Below, one piece after another: positions 1 through 9,189 of a DNA stretch of 64,000 nt (position 1 is the stretch's first letter; every line of letters starts with the position of its first letter). A program made the translations under genes and the position numbers. The DNA is from Spirochaetia bacterium. Its GTDB lineage: Bacteria > Spirochaetota > Spirochaetia > UBA9216. The notes beneath the pieces are model-generated. The model worked only from the letters and a program-made list of their open reading frames with translations, was not told the DNA's origin and searched no databases. Where the stretch lies: NCBI GenBank assembly GCA_963675665.1, contig OY776510.1, positions 1,120,001-1,184,000 of the forward strand. The letters run 5' to 3'.

Positions 1-2
1 AT

Positions 3-761
3 GATGATTCGGGAAAGATTTTACTTGATGAGTTTAAGAAACTCTCCATCACAACGGAACATGTAGAGGTTGTTAAAGGCAAAAATTCAATGTTCTGCTG
101 GATTCTTGTAGACGAGAATGGAAATCGCTCAATTACAATGTTTCCAAACGTCCTTAATGAATTGACTCCCGAAGATGTCAGAAGCAAGCATGCCGACATT
201 ATAAAAAACGCAAAGATTCTGATGGTGGAAGCGTGCGTTATGCCGCTGGCTCCGATGCTTGAGGCAATGAGAATTGCAAATGAAGCCGGGGTTCGCGTCG
301 TATTTGATATGGACGTGACTTTGTCCGATATAAAGCTTACGGATATGGGCTCCGAAGAGGATCTTCGTGAAGCTATATCAAGGGCGGATGTTTTTATCCC
401 CTGTAAAGCGGCGGCGCAGGAACTATTGGGCACTTCAGATATCAGAAAAGACGTAAAATTTTTACAGGCGGAAGAATCACAGATTGTTGCAGTGACAATG
501 GGAGATAAAGGTTGTGTGATATATGCAAACAACAATACGTATGAGGTTCCGGGATATAAAGTAAAAGTTGTTGATACGACCGGGGCCGGAGATGCTTTTC
601 ACGGGGGATTTGTATATGGTTTGCTGAATAATTTCAGCATGGAGAAAGTCGCAGCTTTTGCAAATGCCTGCGGAGCTTTTTGCTGTACAGGTGTCGGAGC
701 AAGATTTTCAGGAACATTGGACCAGATTAATGCGATTCTTTCCGGTCAGATGATGAGCTGA
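3..761 (+). CDS. PfkB/ribokinase-family carbohydrate kinase (5' truncated by window edge)
   Basis: Frame is open from position 3 (DDSGKILLDEF..., end of the PfkB GxDxxG motif); C-terminal PfkB signature VDTTGAGDAFHGG. Confidence 0.92.
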   Translation, partial: DDSGKILLDEFKKLSITTEHVEVVKGKNSMFCWILVDENGNRSITMFPNVLNELTPEDVRSKHADIIKNAKILMVEACVMPLAPMLEAMRIANEAGVRVVFDMDVTLSDIKLTDMGSEEDLREAISRADVFIPCKAAAQELLGTSDIRKDVKFLQAEESQIVAVTMGDKGCVIYANNNTYEVPGYKVKVVDTTGAGDAFHGGFVYGLLNNFSMEKVAAFANACGAFCCTGVGARFSGTLDQINAILSGQMMS

Positions 762-769
762 GGAATTGT

Positions 770-1768
770 ATGGGCATTACAATTAAAGATGTAGCAAAAG
801 AAGCCGGCGTTTCCATAATGACTGTTTCCCGGGTTATTAACAATAAAGATTATATTGCCGACGGTACCAGAGAAAGGGTCCGGGCTGCTCTTAAAAAACT
901 TAATTATATGCCTAATATCAGCGCCCGCAATCTGGTCACAAAAAAAACGGATTTCCTGGGACTTGTAGTTCCTGACATAAGCAACCCGTTTTTCGGAGAG
1001 CTGGTAAAAGCTTCAGAGAAGATCGCCAAGGATCGGGGTTATTCAATAATTCTGGGCGACAGCGACGGTAATGTTGAAGCTGAAGCCGACTATATAGATG
1101 CTTTCAGGGGCAGGATGTGCGGAGCGATAATTCTTGTTGCTCCGCGTGTTGAAGACAAAATTTTGCAGGAACTGAACAGAGAAATTCCTCTTGTTCTTGT
1201 GGACAGAAAGATTGACGATGATGACATAGTTCAGGTTTATCTTGATAATGCGCAGGGAGCTTATTCGGCCGTAAGGCATCTTATTGAACATGGTCACCGA
1301 AGAATAGGATTTGTGATGGGTCCGGCAAATGTTCCGAACAGCTACCGCAGAAAAAACGGATATATTGAAGCGCTAAACGATTTCGGTATTGATTATGATC
1401 CGGAACTTGAATACCAGGGAGAATTTATAGCAGAAACCGGAAGGCAGGCATTCAGTAAATTCATCAGCCTGAAAGAACCGCCCACTGCCGTATTTAACTC
1501 AAATGATATGATGGCGTTCGGATTTGTGCAGGCGGCGCGTGAGGCGGGATACTCCATTCCGGATGATTTCTCGGTTGTCGGTTTTGATGATATATTTCTG
1601 TCTTCTTTAATGGAACCGGCCCTGACTACGGTAAGATATCCTTTTATAGAAATGGGGAAAGAGGCTATAAACCTGCTTCTTGATTCCCTGGGTACCAGCG
1701 AGAAAGGGAAAATGAAAAAAAATCTTGAACACGAATTAATAATCAGAAAATCAACAAGGAGATTATAA
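770..1768 (+). CDS. LacI-family transcriptional regulator
   Basis: N-terminal TIKDVAKEAGVSIMTVSRVIN HTH; sugar-binding domain with SVVGFDD...PALTTV. Confidence 0.96.
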   Translation: MGITIKDVAKEAGVSIMTVSRVINNKDYIADGTRERVRAALKKLNYMPNISARNLVTKKTDFLGLVVPDISNPFFGELVKASEKIAKDRGYSIILGDSDGNVEAEADYIDAFRGRMCGAIILVAPRVEDKILQELNREIPLVLVDRKIDDDDIVQVYLDNAQGAYSAVRHLIEHGHRRIGFVMGPANVPNSYRRKNGYIEALNDFGIDYDPELEYQGEFIAETGRQAFSKFISLKEPPTAVFNSNDMMAFGFVQAAREAGYSIPDDFSVVGFDDIFLSSLMEPALTTVRYPFIEMGKEAINLLLDSLGTSEKGKMKKNLEHELIIRKSTRRL

Positions 1769-2608
1769 ATGGGAAAGGAAGCAGCTTTTATTGATATTTT
1801 TAAAACCGATAAACCTGTTATCGGGATGGTCCATCTTAAACCGCTGCCGGGAACGCCGGGGTATGATCAGCGTTTGGGAATGAGCTGGATTATTGAACAT
1901 GCGGCGGCTGAGGCGGAAAGGCTTGCAGAGGGCGGCATAGACGGCATACAGATAGAGAATCAATTTGATAAACCGTTCTGCAAGCCTGATGATATCGGCC
2001 CGGAGATTGTTGCCGCGATTACGGCTGCGTCTTCGGCCGTCAGAAAAGCCGTAAATATACCAATCGGGATTAATGTCCATCTTAACGGAATCAGGCAGGC
2101 GCTTGCAATTGCAAATGCTGTCGGGGCCGAATGGATCAGGGCTTTTGAGCTGGCAAATGCGTATATTTCGAATTCAGGTATTATCGAAGCGGCGGCCCCA
2201 GAAGCTCTTCGTTACAGAAGAATGTTAAATGCGGAAAACATCAGGATTTTCGGTGATTTTCATGTTAAACACGGAAGCCATTTTATAATAAGTGATCGGA
2301 CTCTTGAGGAACAGGCAGAAGATATTGAAACCAGCGGAGGCAGCGCCGTAATTTTAACCAGCACGGCAACGGGAAAGGCGCCGTCTGTTGAAGATGCGCA
2401 ACTGGTAAGAAATGCAACAAGTCTTCCGATTCTGATAGGCAGCGGGTTTTCGTCTGTGAATGCAGGGGAGCTTCTTGAATATGTTGACGGCGCAATTGTA
2501 GGCAGCTCGCTTAAAGTCGACGGTAAAATTAAAGAAGACACTGATCCTGAAAGGGTGAAAGAACTGATGACTGTTGTAAATTCAATAAGAAACAGAAATC
2601 AACGGTAA
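1769..2608 (+). CDS. BtpA/SgcQ family TIM-barrel protein
   Basis: IGMVHLKPLPGTP, IENQFDKPF, HVKH and DGAIVGSSLK motifs typical of BtpA/SgcQ. Confidence 0.9.
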   Translation: MGKEAAFIDIFKTDKPVIGMVHLKPLPGTPGYDQRLGMSWIIEHAAAEAERLAEGGIDGIQIENQFDKPFCKPDDIGPEIVAAITAASSAVRKAVNIPIGINVHLNGIRQALAIANAVGAEWIRAFELANAYISNSGIIEAAAPEALRYRRMLNAENIRIFGDFHVKHGSHFIISDRTLEEQAEDIETSGGSAVILTSTATGKAPSVEDAQLVRNATSLPILIGSGFSSVNAGELLEYVDGAIVGSSLKVDGKIKEDTDPERVKELMTVVNSIRNRNQR

Positions 2609-2625
2609 AATAATTTATAATAAAA

Positions 2626-2655
2626 TTGACCTCCGCAGCCCCTGTAATTTATACT
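2626..2655 (+). promoter_or_regulatory. Putative sigma70 promoter for the rbsD-like gene
   Basis: TTGACC-N18-TATACT, followed by a GGTGAGG SD and ATG at 2671. Confidence 0.5.
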
Positions 2656-2670
2656 GGGGGTGAGGATTTT

Positions 2671-3102
2671 ATGAAAAAGAACGGTATTCTGAATGGTGAT
2701 CTTCTCAAGCTGACAGCATCAGCAGGGCATGGCGATTTGATTGTAGTTACTGACCGGGGGTTTCCTCTTCCTTCCGGAAGATCTGAGGTCAATGTAATAG
2801 ATCTCGGAATTGCCCCGGGACTGCCGTCGTTTTTGGATATAGTATCCCTGTTGACTGAAGAACTGAAAATAGAGAAGATTATACACGCTGAAGAATCGCT
2901 TGATAAATGTCCCGATGTTATTTCCGTGTTGAAAAGGATGTTTGATCCGGATCTTCCATGCAGAATTATTCCGCATAAAAGGCTGAAAGAGACGGCGATC
3001 AGCGGTAACGATCATGAACTGGGACGTGTAATAGGCTTTATCAGAACAGGCGAGTTTACTCCGTACGCAAATGTAATACTGGGCTGCGGGGTTATGTTTT
3101 AA
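2671..3102 (+). CDS. rbsD: RbsD/FucU family sugar pyranase/mutarotase (D-ribose pyranase-like)
   Basis: MKKNGILN...GHGDLIVVTDRGFPLP and C-terminal IRTGEFTPYANVIL; start moved to ATG 2671 after the SD. Confidence 0.85.
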   Translation: MKKNGILNGDLLKLTASAGHGDLIVVTDRGFPLPSGRSEVNVIDLGIAPGLPSFLDIVSLLTEELKIEKIIHAEESLDKCPDVISVLKRMFDPDLPCRIIPHKRLKETAISGNDHELGRVIGFIRTGEFTPYANVILGCGVMF

Positions 3103-3112
3103 CGGGTTAATA

Positions 3113-5380
3113 TCAGCATATCCCTGCTTCTCTGGCAATGTGAACAGCCTGTGTGCGATTGGCTGCTCCGAGTTTTCCATTAATATTTTTCAAATGAGTT
3201 TTTACTGTATTCATGGATATAAAAAGGGTTTCCGAGATTTGAAAATTCGAATATCCTTCCGACAGGCAGACAATAACCTCTTTTTCCCGCTGTGATAATT
3301 CCTCCATAAATGCAATTTCATTAACCACTTTTTTTGCGGGTTTTGCTGAATCGTCAAGGTTGCTGATCCAGTCATCATGCAAATCCCTTGTCAATTCCGG
3401 AAACCATGGAAGAATCGTATGCTCGGCTTCAAATCTGAATACCTGTTCAAATCCCTGCTCAATCATCTTTTTGTCGTCGGTCAGGCTCAGCACCCTGAGA
3501 CGCGCAAACATGCTCCACCAGATACTGATTACCGAGCATGAAGCCTGCGATAGTTCGTATCCTTTGTCGACGAGGCTGAGGCATTCCTCATCGGGGGCTG
3601 TTTTGCTGAGCAGATACCCTGTTTCACTGTAACTGTTACCTAGAATTCCAAAAAAAGGCAGGTTGCGTGATTCTATTTCCTGTATCCTTTTCCTGTGATC
3701 ATTGAGGGCTTCCTCCAGCATTCCGGCGTTGGACATGAAAACAGCTTTCTGAAACCCGGCGGAATAACTTTGTATCCAGTCTCCGGCGACTGCCCCGGCC
3801 CGTTCGGCATCGCCCAGCAGTTCAATTGCTTTGTCAGCCTGTATTTTCCCTGCAAGGAGTGATGATATTGCATAATAAGTTAAACAGATGCTGTAGAGCC
3901 TGTCTTCAGGGCCGCTGATGTTATCCAGTGCTTTTCCGGTAAGCTGAATAACTTCAGCATGTTTTCCGCCGTATAAAGCTATGGCGGCTTGCATTGCTGT
4001 AACCTTTGCAATTGTTCTTGCTGGGTTTTGGGTAAATGCAGCCGATGCTTCCGCTTTTATTAAATTTTCAAAAACCTGATTGATTTCTCCGCTGTGCAGA
4101 TGGATTCTGGCTTTGTGAAGCGCCACTTCTGATGCTGCAGAAGTTTTTTCCAATGCAGAGGTATCAAGCCATTTTTTATAACGAAAAAGTATCCTGTTGT
4201 CAGAATTACGTTTAACTACTTCTTCTATCATCAGGGGAATTTTGTCGGCATCTGCTGCCCGGAACGCATATTCAAGGGCCTCTTCCGGCTGCTTATTATT
4301 AAAGTACCATTCGGATATAAGTTTCTGAATATCATTTTTTTGAAACGGAGCTTCCCTGTCAAGTTGATGCATAAGAAACTGTCTGAAAAAATCATGAAAC
4401 CTGTAGAGCTGTTCCTGCTGATCGGTGCAACTGAGAAACAGGTTCTTTTCCAGCAGATTATGAATAAACTCAATTCCGGATATTTCCCTGCTTACATTCC
4501 CTGAAAAGTAATTGGTGAAAAGAAAGTTGAAAAGATCCGGCGATATATAATCAGCGGGAGAAATCCTGTGAAGCAGGTATTTATAATCAGGCTCCATACT
4601 CTCCATGATCTCTTCCATCAGAAAACCGGACAATTCCTGTATGCCGTCATTTCCGGTATGAAGATGCAGCGATTTACCGTTTCCAAGACTCAGACCGTAA
4701 AGCTGAACAGCAATACCCCAGCCTCCGGTACTGTTCTGAACCTGTTCTATTACTGTGTGGTCCGGAGACTTCCCGGACTCCCGGGTCAGAAGACTGCCGG
4801 TCTCGTCCAGTGTGAAGGCAAGATCTTCAGAATTTAAAAAAGCAAGTTTGCCTGAAGTTTTAAGCCGTGATACCGGAAAAGGAAGAGTCGATCTGGAAAG
4901 TATCAACATGCGAAGATTATCGGGAGGATGATTTAAAATAAACTGAAAGGATTCATGAACTGATTGCGATGTAACGGTATGGTAATCATCAAATATAATC
5001 AGATAGTCTTCTTTCTGTTCTTCAAGTTCCGATAAAAAGGCTGCTGTTATTTCAATACTGCCGATACTGCTTTGGGAACCGGAAGCTGCCTCCGCCAATA
5101 CGGAGAATCCGTTTAAAGTAGTGTTGTAACATGATTCAATACATTTTACCGTGTTTCCGATTACTGAAACAGCGTCGTTGTCTGTATCATCAAAACAATA
5201 CCATGCAGCTTTTTCCTTTCTGTTCTTCAGCCAGGATGCAGCCAGAGTTGTTTTACCGCTTCCCGCAGTGCCGCATACAAGTACGGACCCGGATAAGATT
5301 CCGGCATCAATTTTTTTATACAGGCGTTCACGTTCTATTGCAGGTTTGTCTGAATACGGGATATTCCACTTTGATTTCAT
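3113..5380 (-). CDS. MalT-like STAND ATPase / LuxR-HTH transcriptional regulator
   Basis: Walker A GTAGSGKTT, Walker B LIIFDDYH, TGGW motif, YRFHDFF, C-terminal LSQREKEV...SNFQISETLFISMNTVKTHLKNI LuxR HTH. Confidence 0.93.
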   Translation of the reverse strand: MKSKWNIPYSDKPAIERERLYKKIDAGILSGSVLVCGTAGSGKTTLAASWLKNRKEKAAWYCFDDTDNDAVSVIGNTVKCIESCYNTTLNGFSVLAEAASGSQSSIGSIEITAAFLSELEEQKEDYLIIFDDYHTVTSQSVHESFQFILNHPPDNLRMLILSRSTLPFPVSRLKTSGKLAFLNSEDLAFTLDETGSLLTRESGKSPDHTVIEQVQNSTGGWGIAVQLYGLSLGNGKSLHLHTGNDGIQELSGFLMEEIMESMEPDYKYLLHRISPADYISPDLFNFLFTNYFSGNVSREISGIEFIHNLLEKNLFLSCTDQQEQLYRFHDFFRQFLMHQLDREAPFQKNDIQKLISEWYFNNKQPEEALEYAFRAADADKIPLMIEEVVKRNSDNRILFRYKKWLDTSALEKTSAASEVALHKARIHLHSGEINQVFENLIKAEASAAFTQNPARTIAKVTAMQAAIALYGGKHAEVIQLTGKALDNISGPEDRLYSICLTYYAISSLLAGKIQADKAIELLGDAERAGAVAGDWIQSYSAGFQKAVFMSNAGMLEEALNDHRKRIQEIESRNLPFFGILGNSYSETGYLLSKTAPDEECLSLVDKGYELSQASCSVISIWWSMFARLRVLSLTDDKKMIEQGFEQVFRFEAEHTILPWFPELTRDLHDDWISNLDDSAKPAKKVVNEIAFMEELSQREKEVIVCLSEGYSNFQISETLFISMNTVKTHLKNINGKLGAANRTQAVHIAREAGIC

Positions 5381-5424
5381 CTAAACATGATAGCCTGATG
5401 TCGGGTATATGCCAATTATAAATT

Positions 5425-5440
5425 TCACCCGAACGGGTGA
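5425..5440. promoter_or_regulatory. Palindromic operator TCACCC-N4-GGGTGA, likely binding site of the adjacent LuxR-type regulator
   Basis: Perfect 6-bp inverted repeat between divergent genes; centred about 42 bp upstream of the predicted TSS downstream of the TAGTCT -10 (5463-5468). Confidence 0.6.
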
Positions 5441-5488
5441 TTCGTTTTAAACAGTTCCGGTGTAGTCTCAATGTAAACAGGAGGACTG

Positions 5489-5689
5489 ATGCGGAATTAC
5501 AGGATCAGTATCGGAAAAGAGTTTGATCAGTATCTTAAAAGCTGGTTTGAAGACTGCCTGATAGAAGAACGGCCGGGTGTTACTTTTTTATGTTGCGAGC
5601 TGACCGACCAGGCGGAGATTTTCGGAATATTACAGAGGATTCAGAGCCTTGGTCTACCGCTTATCGAAGTGGTTAAAACTGATAATTAA
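5489..5689 (+). CDS. Small conserved hypothetical protein, probable ACT-like fold, associated with the MalT/LuxR regulator
   Basis: Strong SD (AGGAGG); pattern YRI...WF...G.T.L...DQA.+.G+L.RI..LGL.LI.V matches small proteins I recall next to MalT-type LuxR genes. Confidence 0.75.
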   Translation: MRNYRISIGKEFDQYLKSWFEDCLIEERPGVTFLCCELTDQAEIFGILQRIQSLGLPLIEVVKTDN

Positions 5690-5694
5690 TATTA

Positions 5695-6015
5695 TTATGT
5701 TTTCCGGATACTCTTTTCAATCTCGGCTTTTAAAGCTTCATATGGGTATGCTCCCTGTAGACGCATTAATTGCTTTCCCCTGTGAAACATCATGATTGTC
5801 GGAATGGACTGGATGGAATACTGAGCTGCGATTCCGGGTTTTTTTTCAGTATTTATTTTGACTGTTGTTATCCGGCCTTTAAATTCTTTGGCAATTCGGG
5901 CAATTATCGGGCTTACCATCTTGCATGGACCGCACCAGTCGGCATAAAAATCTACAAGAACCGGGATCTCGTTCCGGGTGATTAATTCTTCAAATTTATT
6001 CGGCAGATCAGCCAT
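5695..6015 (-). CDS. trxA: Thioredoxin
   Basis: VDFYADWCGPCK active site, SIPT cis-Pro; ATG at 6015 follows an AAGGAGG SD. Confidence 0.95.
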   Translation of the reverse strand: MADLPNKFEELITRNEIPVLVDFYADWCGPCKMVSPIIARIAKEFKGRITTVKINTEKKPGIAAQYSIQSIPTIMMFHRGKQLMRLQGAYPYEALKAEIEKSIRKT

Positions 6016-6122
6016 ATGCGCCTCCTTGTTTATCATGTATTTAATATAAAATAATAACTTTCCGGTGTCCCGGCAAACAATATATGTTATATTTAATATA
6101 TTGTTTTCAGGTGAGGAATTGT

Positions 6123-7292
6123 ATGAATAATTTTGATTTTTTAAATCCGACCAGAATTATTTTCGGCAAAGGTCGGGAAACCGAAGCCGGCAGGTATGCC
6201 GCTGCATACGGGAAAAAGGTGTTGCTTCATTATGGCGGCGGCAGTATAAAAAAGACAGGTCTTTACGATCGAATTACAAAATCTCTTAAAGATGCAGGGC
6301 TTGATTATTCGGAGTTGGCGGGAGTCAAGCCGAATCCGAGACTGAGTCTTGTTCGCGAAGGCATAGAGATTTGCCGCAAGCAGAATATTGATCTGATTCT
6401 TGCCGTAGGCGGAGGGAGCGTTATCGATTCCGCCAAGGCTATTGGAATCGGGACCGGATATTCAGGTGATGTATGGGATTTTTATACAGGCAAGGCTGCC
6501 CCTGAAACTTCTGTTCCGGTTGCAACTGTTCTTACCATTCCTGCAGCGGGAAGCGAGTCCAGCCAGGGAAGCGTAATTACAAACGAGGACGGAGGACTTA
6601 AACGGCCGTGTAATGCCGCCTGCATGTTTCCGGTTTTTTCAATATGCAATCCGGAACTTGCGTTTACTCTTCCCCCTCATCAGGTTGCAAACGGAACAGC
6701 CGACATCTATGCTCATATGCATGAGCGGTATTTTACCAATGTTGAGAATGTGGATTTAACCGACCGCCTTATAGAAGCCGGAATGCGGAACATTATCCAT
6801 CATGCCCCGCGCCTGATTGATAATCCTCGTGATTATAATACCTGGGCTGAGGTTATGTGGACAGGTACGATAGCGCATAATAATATTCTTGATACAGGAA
6901 GGATCGGAGACTGGGGATCCCATGATATCGAGCATGAACTGTCCGGCATGTTCGACATTGCTCACGGCGCCGGGCTGGCGATAATAATACCGGCATGGAT
7001 GAAGTATACCCTTAAGCATAATATTGAAAAGTTTGCACAGCTTGCAGAAAGGGTCTTCTTTGTAGAGCGTGATTATAATAATCCCGAAAAAACAGCAGTT
7101 GAAGGAATATTCCGGCTTGAACAGCATTTTAAACGGATGGGCATGGCTGTAAGGTTGTCGGAGGTCGGAATCGCCAAAGACAGTTTTGAAGAAATGGCGG
7201 AAAAGGCGACAAACGGCAGTTCGGCAAGCCTTGGAAATTTTGTAAAGCTTGATAAAAATGCCATAGTCAAGATTCTGGAGCTGGCGGAATAG
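6123..7292 (+). CDS. Iron-containing alcohol dehydrogenase (NADH-dependent butanol dehydrogenase/YqhD-like)
   Basis: NPTRIIFGKG, YGGGSIK, AVGGGSVIDSAK, H...EHELSG..DIAHGAGLA metal ligands. Confidence 0.94.
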   Translation: MNNFDFLNPTRIIFGKGRETEAGRYAAAYGKKVLLHYGGGSIKKTGLYDRITKSLKDAGLDYSELAGVKPNPRLSLVREGIEICRKQNIDLILAVGGGSVIDSAKAIGIGTGYSGDVWDFYTGKAAPETSVPVATVLTIPAAGSESSQGSVITNEDGGLKRPCNAACMFPVFSICNPELAFTLPPHQVANGTADIYAHMHERYFTNVENVDLTDRLIEAGMRNIIHHAPRLIDNPRDYNTWAEVMWTGTIAHNNILDTGRIGDWGSHDIEHELSGMFDIAHGAGLAIIIPAWMKYTLKHNIEKFAQLAERVFFVERDYNNPEKTAVEGIFRLEQHFKRMGMAVRLSEVGIAKDSFEEMAEKATNGSSASLGNFVKLDKNAIVKILELAE

Positions 7293-7302
7293 GGCGGGTG
7301 TC

Positions 7303-7686
7303 TTATACCGGAGACAGTTTATTATTAAGGGCGTCTTCGATCGTCTGCAGCAGTTTTTCCCTCGGAACCGGCTTTTCAAGATATGCAACCGGATTTGTTC
7401 TTAACGCCCGTTCCTTTATAGCACTGTTCGGATAGGCTGTAAGAAAAATCACAGGTATGGGTTTCATCAGTTTAACCCGTTGTGCAGCGTCGATGCCGTC
7501 TATAAAACTTTTCAGATTGATATCCATAAGGATTAAATCAATTTGATTATTTAATGCGGCTTCAACTACTTTGTTTGCAGAGTCAACCGGTTCACAGGGC
7601 TCGTAACCGCAAGACTCCAGAAGCTCTTTCATTTCAAGCGCCGCAACCGCTTCATCTTCAACGATGAGAATTCTGTTGTTTTTCAT
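7303..7686 (-). CDS. Single-domain response regulator (REC only)
   Basis: ILIVEDE, LILMDINL, IFLTA, YLEKP; no output domain. Confidence 0.93.
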   Translation of the reverse strand: MKNNRILIVEDEAVAALEMKELLESCGYEPCEPVDSANKVVEAALNNQIDLILMDINLKSFIDGIDAAQRVKLMKPIPVIFLTAYPNSAIKERALRTNPVAYLEKPVPREKLLQTIEDALNNKLSPV

Positions 7687-7789
7687 TTGCTACAGCGTAA
7701 CACATTGTAGTCACGGGCTCAAGCACAATTCCCGAAAGTATATTTAAAATGGTATGGATTTTTTATCAGCAGAATACTAAAATTGACAT

Positions 7790-8842
7790 ATGAACGACCC
7801 TGATAAAATCTCATATTTGTACGAAGGCTTGTTTACAGTACGGAATATAGACAGATTAATTCATAATCTGCATACAAACCGCAGCGGTTTTAACAAGCTG
7901 TTATCAATCAGCGGAAGTATTCTTGTATATGCTGCGGTAATGCTTCTTTCCGGTAAAAAATTGGGTGTTTCATCCAATTATTTTGTAATAATCCCGTTGA
8001 TGGCGGTATCTTTCTCGTGCGGATTCAAAGGCGGCGTTGTTGCCGGAATTTTTGCACTTCCTTTAAATCTTATGATGTTCAGCATGACAGGATCACCGGA
8101 ACATGCGCCGGCGAACAAACTTATTGCCGAGTTTTCCGGCATAATAGTCGGGTCAATAGTAGGATACCTGAGTGATTATTATTACAAGCTCGAGATCGAA
8201 ATAGAAAAACGAAAGGTTATAGAAAACCGTCTTAATCAGACTGTACATGAAAAAGAGATACTTATTCATGAAATTCATCACAGGGTAAAGAATAATCTGA
8301 ACCTGGTTAAAAGCCTGATACAGCTGCAGATTAACCGAAGCGACGATCAGAAATTCAGGGATGAGGCAGAGAAGCTGATAAACAGAATTTATTCGATTGC
8401 GAGGGTTCATGAACATTTGTATACCGGCCAAAAGGTATCGTTATCACCATTAAAGGAATATATTCCGCTGTTGATAGATGACATCCTGGCGGGAATAGAA
8501 GCAGGAAATCTTGAAGTTGAATACCGGATAAATATACCGGATATTGAAATTGGTATCGAGCAGGCGACATCGCTCGGTCTTATCCTTAATGAAGTTCTCA
8601 CAAATTCAATAAAATACAGTTTTACTCTTGTGGAAAACCCGAAACTGATTATTGTTTTGAGGACCAAATTTGATAAAACAATCATCGAACTGATAAACAA
8701 CGCTCCGACTTTTGTGCCGGGAAGTGAAGACTACCAGGGCCTTGGTTTAAAGCTGATTAAAACCCTTTGCGGACAGATTGATGCCGAATATGAGTGGGTT
8801 CCCGGCAACGGTACAACCTTCAGACTGAGTCTGCCCTGTTGA
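7790..8842 (+). CDS. Membrane sensor histidine kinase, HisKA_2 type
   Basis: Several N-terminal TM helices; EIHHRVKNNL H-box; NEVLTNSIKY N-box; G1 box appears degenerate. Confidence 0.88.
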   Translation: MNDPDKISYLYEGLFTVRNIDRLIHNLHTNRSGFNKLLSISGSILVYAAVMLLSGKKLGVSSNYFVIIPLMAVSFSCGFKGGVVAGIFALPLNLMMFSMTGSPEHAPANKLIAEFSGIIVGSIVGYLSDYYYKLEIEIEKRKVIENRLNQTVHEKEILIHEIHHRVKNNLNLVKSLIQLQINRSDDQKFRDEAEKLINRIYSIARVHEHLYTGQKVSLSPLKEYIPLLIDDILAGIEAGNLEVEYRINIPDIEIGIEQATSLGLILNEVLTNSIKYSFTLVENPKLIIVLRTKFDKTIIELINNAPTFVPGSEDYQGLGLKLIKTLCGQIDAEYEWVPGNGTTFRLSLPC

Positions 8843-8863
8843 AGATACTGAGTAAAACAATAT

Positions 8864-9169
8864 TCAGCTGCACCCGAAGACTGTTTTAACCTTAAGCTTT
8901 TTCCCCCAGAATGTATCCTCAACTTTTATTTCCGCATCATCCAGGTATCTCTCAATAGAAGGTCTGATATGAAAGTTGAAACCGTTAATATCCGTAACAA
9001 GATCGTCTTCAAGCGGCGGCCTCATCTCTATCTTGATAGCCGGAGAACCGCATCCGGCTCCGGCCGACAGCAGGGTAAGCTTTTTTTCTTCGGAATTGTT
9101 TTCCTCAATCATTTTATTAAGCATTTCCGCTGCATCTTTTGTAATACAAATCATGTTTTTCTCCGTCAT
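8864..9169 (-). CDS. HesB/IscA-like Fe-S biogenesis domain protein
   Basis: ITKDAAEML...GAGCGSPAI...DDLV...GFNFHI...YLDDAEI, C-terminal GCS; start uncertain (9154-9184). Confidence 0.7.
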   Translation of the reverse strand: MTEKNMICITKDAAEMLNKMIEENNSEEKKLTLLSAGAGCGSPAIKIEMRPPLEDDLVTDINGFNFHIRPSIERYLDDAEIKVEDTFWGKKLKVKTVFGCS

Positions 9170-9189
9170 TAATGATATTATCATTCATC

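Noticed and set aside
6078-6103. CAATATAT-N10-ATATATTG inverted repeat upstream of the alcohol dehydrogenase, considered as a Rex box
   Set aside because: Poor match to TTGTGAA-N4-TTCACAA and low-complexity AT sequence
8864-9169. Possible selenocysteine recoding in the HesB-like or small thioredoxin-like proteins
   Set aside because: The relevant positions are ordinary Cys/Ser codons, with no in-frame TGA
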